Assembly: GCA_012744435.1 (NCBI GenBank)
Contig: JAAYCA010000060.1
Location: 4,067 to 68,066 of the forward strand
Length of the DNA: 64,000 nucleotides
Source: Bacteroidales bacterium
Lineage (GTDB): Bacteria > Bacteroidota > Bacteroidia > Bacteroidales > UBA932
Direction: 5' to 3'
Under the pieces are notes generated by a model, which saw only the letters and a program-made list of their open reading frames with translations, had not been told where the DNA came from and made no database searches. Of the stretch, positions 37,204-45,130 are shown one piece after another. A program made the translations under genes and the position numbers. Positions within the stretch are counted from its first letter, which is position 1. Every line of letters starts with the position of its first letter.

Positions 37204-38376
37204 TCACTTCATCAGGCGACGGACGATCTGACCGATTTCCTCATTCTCATGCACCCCCGCAAACGCTTCGGCACCAGGGCCGTAGGCATACACGGGGACG
37301 AGGATGCCGTTGTGTCCCTTGGTGGAGAAATGGACCTTGACCGTGCGCTCCTGCAGGCTGCCGTCGAGGAGCGTCAGGCCGCCGGTGGCATGGTCCGCCG
37401 TGACGATGACCAGGGTGTGTCCGTCCTGCTCGGCCCACTTGAGGACCTTGCCGACGGTGCGGTCGAAGTCGAACAGCTCCTCGGCCATGTAGCCGACCTT
37501 CTGGCGATGGCCCCAGTCGTCGATGCTCGAGCCTTCGATCATCAGGAAGAAGCCCTTCTTGTTGTCCAGCAGTTCGATGGCCTTCATAGCGCTGTCTTCG
37601 AGCACGGGGCCGCGGTCCAGCGCGGGATCCATCTCGAGCGGGGCGAAGAGGCCGAGCACGCGGCCTTCCTTCACCCTGTTCAGATCCTCGCGGGTGTCCA
37701 CGAAGGTGTAGCCGCGGTCCACCATCTCCTGCACCAGGTCGCGGCCGTCGTTGCGTCCCTGCCAGAACTGCCGGCCGCCGCCGCAGAGGAAGTCCACCCC
37801 GCTGTCGACGTACTGCGCGGCATTGATCTCCTCCTCGTCGCGGTCCAGGGAGTGTCCCACGAAGTCGAGCGGCGTCGCATCGTTGATGCGGCAGGTCACC
37901 GTCACGCCGGTCTTCATGCCCTTGCGCTGCGCGTCATGCAGCAGGCTGGGGACCGGATTGCCGTCGGGATCCACGCCCATATAATAGTATTTGGTCTTGA
38001 CACCCGTCGCCAGGGCGGAACCGCCAGCGCAGGAATCCGTGATCAGCCGGTCCACGGCATAGGTGCGGGAGAAACCCGTGTAGGGCATCTGCTCCATGTT
38101 GAGGCTGCCGCCGTTGAGCACCCAGCCGCAGCTGACCTGCTCCACGCCCATGCCGTCGCCGATCATGAAGATGACGTTCTTGATCTTCTTGCTTCTGGGC
38201 TGCCGCACGGTCACGGTCTGGTACGGCTCGACGACCGTGTACTGGTCGTCCTCTCGGAAGGAGTCGTTGGCATACTTGGACCGGTTGCGGGAGATGTCCA
38301 GCTCTTCAGCGCTTTGCGCAAAGGCACCTGCGGCGCAGCCCAGGGCCAGGAAAAGGATGAGGGTCGCTCTTCTCAT
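37204..38376 (-). CDS. Alkaline phosphatase (PhoA family), secreted
   Basis: 390 aa with a signal peptide, MIGDGMG, the active-site block DSCAGGSALATG, and IEGSSIDDWGH...TADHATGG. Confidence 0.9.
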   Translation of the reverse strand: MRRATLILFLALGCAAGAFAQSAEELDISRNRSKYANDSFREDDQYTVVEPYQTVTVRQPRSKKIKNVIFMIGDGMGVEQVSCGWVLNGGSLNMEQMPYTGFSRTYAVDRLITDSCAGGSALATGVKTKYYYMGVDPDGNPVPSLLHDAQRKGMKTGVTVTCRINDATPLDFVGHSLDRDEEEINAAQYVDSGVDFLCGGGRQFWQGRNDGRDLVQEMVDRGYTFVDTREDLNRVKEGRVLGLFAPLEMDPALDRGPVLEDSAMKAIELLDNKKGFFLMIEGSSIDDWGHRQKVGYMAEELFDFDRTVGKVLKWAEQDGHTLVIVTADHATGGLTLLDGSLQERTVKVHFSTKGHNGILVPVYAYGPGAEAFAGVHENEEIGQIVRRLMK

Positions 38377-38385
38377 AGGGGATTG

Positions 38386-40872
38386 TCAATCAAGTTTGAA
38401 ATGGATGTCCCGCACGTCCGCGCGGCAGCTGACCGTCTTGGTCTGGCCGGGCAGCAGCGGGAAGAAATTGTCGCTCCAGAAGGCCGGCGCCACGAGCTCG
38501 CCCGCGGCGTCCAGGGCCTGGAGAATGTTCATATAGGCGATGACGGAGGACTTGTTGGTCAAAGTCACGGCCCACTGGCCGTCCCCGCGCTCCTCCACGC
38601 TCATCTGCACGTCCGCCGGCTCCTGACCGAAGGCGAAGCGCAGGTCGGCATAGCGGCTGACCGGGGTGATGTACCAGTTGGTCCGGTCCCATACGTATTC
38701 ATTGTCCTTCGCCGGCAGGCAGTAGAAGTTGTCGGCGACGACGGTGCCGTCGGCGGCCGTCAGCGACAGCGCCACGAAATGCGGACGGCCGTCGAAGCGG
38801 CGCAGGTCGAAAACCGGCAAGCTCGTGCGGTAGCCCAGGCGCACATCCTTGCTGTCCCCGCCCAGCAGGCGGGACTGCTCGTCATACACCAGGTAATTGG
38901 CCTTGAGGGTGACCGGCTCCGGACTTTCGCTGACCGCATAGACCTTGCGGTCGGCGTAGTTGAACATGAGCTGAAGCGGCTCGCAAGCCTTCTTCGTGCC
39001 ATAGTAGCCGGCCGTCGGCACTCCGTACCAGTCGTAGAGCTGCCAGTACAGTGACGGCCAGGCGGAATTCAGCATCCACTGGACGATGCCCGTGCTGCGG
39101 GGCATCCGGACGCGGAACGCCTCGAACATGCCGCGGGTGCCGTCGTAGTCCACGGCGTGGGCCTTGCGGACGAAGTCTTCGAAGCCAATCGCCGCTCCAT
39201 AATGTCCCTCTATCACGGCATTCAGCACCTTCGTCGCATTCATGGCGGAAGTGGATGCAGTACAGTGGTAGTCCCAGGCTTCGGACAGCGGCCAGAGGGC
39301 GTCCTCCGGAATCATCCGGCGCAGGGACCCCGCCTGCGGCAGGTTGGCGCCGATGCCCGTTTCGGTGTTGAATCCGAAAGCACCGCCGGCCTGCGTGTCG
39401 CGGTACCAGTAGTCCGCGCCCACCCACTCGTAGGGGCCTTCCATCTTGGTGCCCGACCAGCCGGTGATGCCGCTCTCCATATTCTTGGCGGAGCAGACGT
39501 ACGGGCGGTATTCCTGGGCATTGTAGATCTCCATATAACGCTGCTCCAGGCCCGGGTTCGGGATGCGGTCGCTGCCGGTCAGCCATCCGATCAGGGAAGC
39601 GTGGTTGTGCAGGCGGACCACCTGGTCGCGGAAATACGCGACCGCAAGGTCCTCCGTCTCCGGAGTGTTGATGCACCCATAGCTGTCGGTCTCCGGGAGA
39701 CCGCAATAATTCTCCCATTCCCACTGGCAGCTCCAGCCCACGAGGGAGAGCACCCCGAGGCGGTCGCACAAGTCATAGACCGTATCGTCCTTGCCCCAGA
39801 TGTTCTCGAAACGGATACAGTTGAGGTTCATGTCCTTGACATATTCCACCTGCCTCCGGAGACTTTCCTGGGTGTCCCGCAGGAAGATGTCGTCGGTCCA
39901 ACCGGCGCCCTTCAGCAGGATGTCGCGGCCGTTAAGTTTGAACTGGCGGTAGTTATCCGCCGTCAGGCTGCTGGTGATCTGGCGGACGCCGAATTCCACC
40001 TCCCTGCGGTCGGAGAGCACACCGGCCACCTCCGCCCGGGCCTCCAGGCTGTACAGCTCCGGGGTGCCAAGGTCGTAGCTCCACCACACACGGGGATCCG
40101 TCAGGTGCAGCAGGGGCAGTTCGGCCGGGGTCAGGCAGAGCGTCTTCGTCTGTCCGGCCTCCAGCGAGAAGGGGACGGCGGCCTGTCCGGCATCCTGCAG
40201 GTCCAGGTGCAGCGTCCCTTCCACGGGACGCGCCTCGTGGTTGCGCAGGGTCACGCGGACTTCGAGGTCCGCCTGGGCGAGCGTCTGCACGTCCAGGTCG
40301 GGGATCACGAACACGTCCTCGATGCTCACGGCGCCGGTCGCATGCAGCGTGACCGGTCGGACGATACCCATACTCTCGTCCAGCGGACGGGGATTCCAGT
40401 CCACGAAACCGATGTTGAGGTCGCCGCTCTGCGCACGGCGCAGGCGGACCTCCAGGGTGTTGCGGCTCCGCAACAGCGGAGCGACTTCATACGCGCGGCG
40501 GCGGAAGACGCCGAAGGTGGTGTCGGACGAGGCAATCTGCGTGCCGTTCAGGAAGATGTCGGCATAGTAGCCGAGGCCGTCGAAACAGAGCTCATAATGC
40601 TGTCCGGGGGCGGCCTTCGCCGAGAAAGCGGTGCGGTAGGTCCAGGTATCGTCGAAAATGGCCTTGTCCGCCGCGGCATAGGCGAGGCCTTCCAGAAGGC
40701 CATCTCCGAAGAAACCGGCATCATACAAAGCGCCGGCCACCGTCGAAGGAACCGTCGCATTCCACTGCTCCGCGCCGCCTGCGCGGGAGAGTTGCCAGCC
40801 CTTGTCCAGGACCAGACTGTCGCCACAGGAGATCGGCGCGGGTCGCGTGCAGGCAAACGCCGCTGCGACCAA
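38386..40872 (-). CDS. Glycoside hydrolase family 2 (beta-mannosidase / exo-beta-glucosaminidase-like); the start region is probably frameshifted in an A7 run
   Basis: 828 aa with GH2 sugar-binding, Ig-like and TIM-barrel regions (NLNCIRFENIWGKDD..., GWSCQWEWE). The track start at 40872 is a TTG and the product has no signal peptide. See the finding for the ATG at 40901. Confidence 0.85.
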   Translation of the reverse strand: MVAAAFACTRPAPISCGDSLVLDKGWQLSRAGGAEQWNATVPSTVAGALYDAGFFGDGLLEGLAYAAADKAIFDDTWTYRTAFSAKAAPGQHYELCFDGLGYYADIFLNGTQIASSDTTFGVFRRRAYEVAPLLRSRNTLEVRLRRAQSGDLNIGFVDWNPRPLDESMGIVRPVTLHATGAVSIEDVFVIPDLDVQTLAQADLEVRVTLRNHEARPVEGTLHLDLQDAGQAAVPFSLEAGQTKTLCLTPAELPLLHLTDPRVWWSYDLGTPELYSLEARAEVAGVLSDRREVEFGVRQITSSLTADNYRQFKLNGRDILLKGAGWTDDIFLRDTQESLRRQVEYVKDMNLNCIRFENIWGKDDTVYDLCDRLGVLSLVGWSCQWEWENYCGLPETDSYGCINTPETEDLAVAYFRDQVVRLHNHASLIGWLTGSDRIPNPGLEQRYMEIYNAQEYRPYVCSAKNMESGITGWSGTKMEGPYEWVGADYWYRDTQAGGAFGFNTETGIGANLPQAGSLRRMIPEDALWPLSEAWDYHCTASTSAMNATKVLNAVIEGHYGAAIGFEDFVRKAHAVDYDGTRGMFEAFRVRMPRSTGIVQWMLNSAWPSLYWQLYDWYGVPTAGYYGTKKACEPLQLMFNYADRKVYAVSESPEPVTLKANYLVYDEQSRLLGGDSKDVRLGYRTSLPVFDLRRFDGRPHFVALSLTAADGTVVADNFYCLPAKDNEYVWDRTNWYITPVSRYADLRFAFGQEPADVQMSVEERGDGQWAVTLTNKSSVIAYMNILQALDAAGELVAPAFWSDNFFPLLPGQTKTVSCRADVRDIHFKLD

Positions 40873-40906
40873 CAGGATAAAAAATATGCAGTTTTTTTCA
40901 TATCGG

Positions 40907-41737
40907 TCAAATCAAGGATGCGCCGATGACGGGGATGTCATCGCCGGTACAAACATCGATCTTCAACCGCTCCAGGCTCTTACGATAGGGGAAATCCCGC
41001 TTCAGGCGGGCTTCCATGGACTGCTGGAAAAGCGGATAATTGTAAGCGACTCCGCCACCGAGCGAGATGTGGCTGGGGTCGTAGGCAAACATGACCGTGC
41101 AAAGCAGGTCGCCCAAGCGCTTGCCCAGGTCCGTGAAAAGGGCAAGGGCACGGGGGTCTCCGTCGCGCGCGGCCAGCGAGGCCGACAGGCTGTCCCAGCC
41201 AGTCCCGGCAAAGAACTGCTTGCTACAATAGCTCTCGAGTGTCGTACCGCGATACGGGAGACTCCCGAGTTCCCCCGCTCCGCAATTTGCCCCCATGAAG
41301 AGCCGTCCCCGGTCAACGATGCCCATGCCCACCCCGGTGCCCAAGGTGATGACGACAAGCACTTCAGGCTTCGCGTCGTCCGGGTATCCATGGTACACCC
41401 CCATGGCATAGCAGTTCGCATCGTTGTTGACGGCGACAGGCAGGTGGAAACGTTCCTCCAGATATTCCTTGAGCGGCACCTCCGTCCAGGAAGGGATATT
41501 GACGGTATCATAGACAATCCCACGCTTAACATCGACGACAGACGGCACTCCGATACCAATCTTTTCCGTATCCGGGGTCAGCATGGATGAAATCTGATCC
41601 GACAAGGCGTCCAGGGTCTGTTGCAGATTTGCTTCATAAGGGAACCACGGTGTGCTGACACGCCGCACAAGTTGTCCGTCCCGGACCTGACCGAGGGCCA
41701 GATTGGTCCCGCCGACATCGATTCCTAGTGTCACCAT
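40907..41737 (-). CDS. ROK-family sugar kinase (glucokinase / N-acetylglucosamine kinase-like)
   Basis: Starts MVTLGIDVGGTNLALG. It has NDANCYAMG and GTGVGMGIV blocks. The start is placed at the internal Met of the track ORF. Confidence 0.85.
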   Translation of the reverse strand: MVTLGIDVGGTNLALGQVRDGQLVRRVSTPWFPYEANLQQTLDALSDQISSMLTPDTEKIGIGVPSVVDVKRGIVYDTVNIPSWTEVPLKEYLEERFHLPVAVNNDANCYAMGVYHGYPDDAKPEVLVVITLGTGVGMGIVDRGRLFMGANCGAGELGSLPYRGTTLESYCSKQFFAGTGWDSLSASLAARDGDPRALALFTDLGKRLGDLLCTVMFAYDPSHISLGGGVAYNYPLFQQSMEARLKRDFPYRKSLERLKIDVCTGDDIPVIGASLI

Positions 41738-41753
41738 GTGATTGTGTTTTTTG

Positions 41754-41817
41754 CAAAAGTATGGATAAGATTGATACTGTAAATACAAATTTGCGTATTT
41801 CAATACACAATTTGCGT
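41754..41817 (-). promoter_or_regulatory. Promoter (-7 box TActTTTG) plus direct-repeat operator, site S2, in the ROK/GH20 divergent region
   Basis: TTTGCGT occurs at 41790-41796 and 41811-41817 (21-bp spacing), flanking ATTTCAATAC. The -7 complement caaaagta lies at 41754-41761, 28 nt from the operator. Confidence 0.6.
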
Positions 41818-41832
41818 CATTATATTTCGGGG

Positions 41833-43953
41833 ATGCGGTTTTTTTTACATCTTTGCGTCAGGAGACAAAAACCACTGATTGTGAACACGAAACGTTATTT
41901 GACCTTTTTCATCGCGTGCGCGTTTTGCACTGCATGCACCCAACCTTGCGTCATCAACTGGACCGAGGGGGAAACGGATCCCGGGAGCGGACGCGCCATC
42001 CACACCCTGACCATCGAGAACCCGCCCGCCGGTACGGACTGGACCATCTGGTTCAGCCAGTTCCGCACCCCGGTTACCATGGCGCCGGACGCCCCCGGCT
42101 CCATCGACCACATCAGTGGCACGCTCTACCGCGTGGTGCCCGGCAGGCACAGGGGCAAGACCATGACGTTGCGCTATGAGGCACGGCCCCTTGTGAACCA
42201 GTGCCGCGCCCCGGAAGGCTTCCACCTCCAGTGCCGGGGCAGCGAACCTGTGGCCGTGGAGGCCACATACAACTTCCTTCCCGCCACGAACGTCCACAGC
42301 TTCGATTACCAGCCTGTACAGACCAATCCCTACGATATGATTCCGCGCCTGAAACGGGTCCAGCCCCGTCGGGGCGAGACCGACCCTTCCGAAGAACCGA
42401 CGGTGCGGTTCGTCAAAGGACAGGCCCCGGGCTGGTATCGCCTCACCCTGGACGGCAGCCTTCACATCGAGGCGGCCGACGAAGACGGCGCCTATTATGC
42501 CAGCGTCACCCTGGACAACATCCGGCGCAGCGCCAAGGGTGCCCCGGTGGGAAACGCCACCGTAACGGACTGGCCGGACCTGCCTTATCGCGGACTGATG
42601 CTTGACGTGAGCCGTAATTTCACGAAGAAGGACGACCTCCTCCGCCTGCTGGACATTGCCGCGCATTACAAAGTGAATTTCCTGCACCTGCACTTCGGAG
42701 ATGACGAAGGCTGGCGCATTCAGATCGACGCTTTGCCGGAGCTGACCGAATATGGTGCCTACCGCTGCCTTCCCGAGCTGCAGACGGACGGCACTATCCT
42801 GGAGCCCAACGGCCTGCAGCCCACCTACTGCATCGCCTCTAACCGCGACTCGGAATCCCCGGGCAGCGGATACTATACCCACGAAGATTTCGTAGAAATC
42901 CTGCGTTATGCCTGGGTACGCCACATCCGAATTGTACCAGAGTTCGACACCCCCGGCCATGCCCGGGCGGAAGTCAAGTCCATGGAAGTCCGGGCAGCGC
43001 GCACCGGCGACATCAACTGCCTGCTCTCCGAACCGGAGGACACGTCAGAATACGAGTCCGTGCAGGACTACACCGACAACGTGATCAACGTAGCGCTGCC
43101 GTCCACTTACACCTTCTTCGAGACGGTCTTCGACGCGCTCATCGCGATGTACAGGGAAGCAGGCGTGCCGCTGGAAGCCATCCATGTCGGCGGCGACGAA
43201 GTGCCGGAAGGTGCCTGGACTGGCTCCCCGGCCTGCCGCGCGCTCATGGAGGCCCATGGCAAGACCGACATCGGCTGGCTCAAGGACTACTTCACCAACC
43301 GCTTGCTGGACATCGCGGAGGCGCGCGGAATCAAACTCGCCGGCTGGCAGGACGTCGCCCAGGAGCTCGAGCCCGCCACGCTGGAGCGCCTCAAGCGCAA
43401 CCTCGCCTTCACCAACCTCTGGACCGTCTCCGATGGACGAGATGTGCTTCCCTACCAATTCGCCAACGACGGCATCCCCGTCATCATCTCCAGCGCCCCC
43501 AACTGCTACATGGACTTCGCCTACAATTCCGGCAAGCTCGAGCGCGGACACTCCTGGGGCGGCTTCGTGGACGAACGCCGCAGTTTCAGCCTGCAACCCT
43601 ACGACATGTATCGCTCCGTCCGCTGGGACGACGACGGGAAGATCGTCGACCTGAGCCGTTCCGGCGAAGGGAAACCCGTTCTCAAGCCCGCCGCCCGCCG
43701 GCTCATCCTCGGCGTCGAAGGACACCTCTGGGCGGAGACCCTGCGCTGCTTCGATCACGTAACCTACTACCTTTTCCCGAAGGCGCTGGGGCTCTTCGAG
43801 CGTGGCTGGAACGCCACACCGGTCTGGGCGGGCACCACCGCTGCGGACGATCCGGCCTTTACGGCCGATTTTGACCGCTTCTTCAGCATCATCGTCGATC
43901 ACGAATATCCCTACTACGAGTCCCAGGGCATTTCTTACCACCGCCACCAGTAA
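41833..43953 (+). CDS. Beta-N-acetylhexosaminidase, GH20
   Basis: Has GH20 catalytic blocks (PYRGLMLDVSRNF, NFLHLHFGDDEGWRIQI, PEFDTPGHA, IHVGGDEV). The start is uncertain: ATG at 41833, or GTG at 41881 giving the lipoprotein-like peptide (M)NTKRYLTFFIACAFCTAC. Confidence 0.85.
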   Translation: MRFFLHLCVRRQKPLIVNTKRYLTFFIACAFCTACTQPCVINWTEGETDPGSGRAIHTLTIENPPAGTDWTIWFSQFRTPVTMAPDAPGSIDHISGTLYRVVPGRHRGKTMTLRYEARPLVNQCRAPEGFHLQCRGSEPVAVEATYNFLPATNVHSFDYQPVQTNPYDMIPRLKRVQPRRGETDPSEEPTVRFVKGQAPGWYRLTLDGSLHIEAADEDGAYYASVTLDNIRRSAKGAPVGNATVTDWPDLPYRGLMLDVSRNFTKKDDLLRLLDIAAHYKVNFLHLHFGDDEGWRIQIDALPELTEYGAYRCLPELQTDGTILEPNGLQPTYCIASNRDSESPGSGYYTHEDFVEILRYAWVRHIRIVPEFDTPGHARAEVKSMEVRAARTGDINCLLSEPEDTSEYESVQDYTDNVINVALPSTYTFFETVFDALIAMYREAGVPLEAIHVGGDEVPEGAWTGSPACRALMEAHGKTDIGWLKDYFTNRLLDIAEARGIKLAGWQDVAQELEPATLERLKRNLAFTNLWTVSDGRDVLPYQFANDGIPVIISSAPNCYMDFAYNSGKLERGHSWGGFVDERRSFSLQPYDMYRSVRWDDDGKIVDLSRSGEGKPVLKPAARRLILGVEGHLWAETLRCFDHVTYYLFPKALGLFERGWNATPVWAGTTAADDPAFTADFDRFFSIIVDHEYPYYESQGISYHRHQ

Positions 43954-43963
43954 CGACCTGCTT

Positions 43964-45130
43964 ATGCTCAGATTGCTGTTTATCTCCGACTTCACCGAGT
44001 CCTATCCCAGTAAGCTGCTCAAAGGGATCGTACACTACTCCCGACAAAAGGAACAATGGGCCGTGTGCCGCATGCCTCCAGCTTACAAACAGCGCATCGG
44101 CATCCCCGGTGTGGTCCGGTGGGCGAAAGACTGGGGCGCGGACGCCGTCATCGGACAGTTCGAGGAGACGGACGACGTGCGCCTCTTCGAAAAGAACGGC
44201 ATCGTCGTCGTGGCCCAGGACTTCAAGAAGCGATTCACCACCATCCCCAACATCACCGCCGACTACATCGGCACGGGCCGGATGGCCGCCCGCTTTTTCA
44301 TCGATCACGGCTTCCGAAACTACGGTTTTTTCGGTTTCAACAACGTCTGCTGGTCCGACGAGCGCTGCGAGGGTTTCCGCCGCGAGGTAGAAGCCGCCGG
44401 CTTCGGCGATTCCTTCTACGCCTACAACCTCCAGGACATCGACCATTTGTGGTACTACGAGCGCGACCGCATGCGAAAATGGCTCTATTCTCTCCCCAAA
44501 CCCATTGCCATCATGGCCTGCGATGACAACCAAGGCAACAACTTGATCGAAGCGTGCCACACCATGGGGATCAAGATTCCCGCGGAAATCTCCGTCATGG
44601 GCGTGGACAACGACGAGTTGCTGTGCACCCTGGGAAGCACCACCCTGTCCAGCATCTTCGTCGATATTGAAGAAGGCGGCTGGAAGACAGCGGAGCTGAT
44701 CGAGCGGCGCATCGACAACCCGCACGCCCCGCTCGAAGATGTCGTCCTGCGGCCGGTCAAGATCGTGAACCGCATCTCCACGGCCGCCTTCGCCACCACC
44801 GATGTCCAGATCCAGAAAGCGGTGCAGTTCATCCACCAGAATTACCAGAAGAAAATCTCCGTCAAGGACGTCATGAGGGAAGTGGCCCTGTCCCGCCGTC
44901 TGCTCGAGCGGCGATTCAAGACCGTGACCGGGCAGACCCTCTACCAATACATCGCCGACCTGAAGATCAAACGATTCGCGGAATTGCTCCTCGACACGGA
45001 CGAGCAGGTGGTGGGTATCGCCCTGTCGCTGGGCGAGAACGACACCAAGAGCATCTCCCGCCGTTTCAAGCAAATCTATGGCTACTCGCCCAACGAATGG
45101 CGGGCGAAACAACACAATAAGCAATCATGA
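43964..45130 (+). CDS. XylR-like regulator: periplasmic-binding-protein-type sugar-binding domain + AraC-family HTH
   Basis: 388 aa from MLRLLFISDF. It has a LacI/PBP1-like core (AIMACDDNQGNNLIEAC...ISVMGVDNDEL) and a C-terminal AraC double HTH (IHQNY.KKISVKDVMREVALSRRLLERRFK...GYSPNEWR). Confidence 0.85.
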   Translation: MLRLLFISDFTESYPSKLLKGIVHYSRQKEQWAVCRMPPAYKQRIGIPGVVRWAKDWGADAVIGQFEETDDVRLFEKNGIVVVAQDFKKRFTTIPNITADYIGTGRMAARFFIDHGFRNYGFFGFNNVCWSDERCEGFRREVEAAGFGDSFYAYNLQDIDHLWYYERDRMRKWLYSLPKPIAIMACDDNQGNNLIEACHTMGIKIPAEISVMGVDNDELLCTLGSTTLSSIFVDIEEGGWKTAELIERRIDNPHAPLEDVVLRPVKIVNRISTAAFATTDVQIQKAVQFIHQNYQKKISVKDVMREVALSRRLLERRFKTVTGQTLYQYIADLKIKRFAELLLDTDEQVVGIALSLGENDTKSISRRFKQIYGYSPNEWRAKQHNKQS

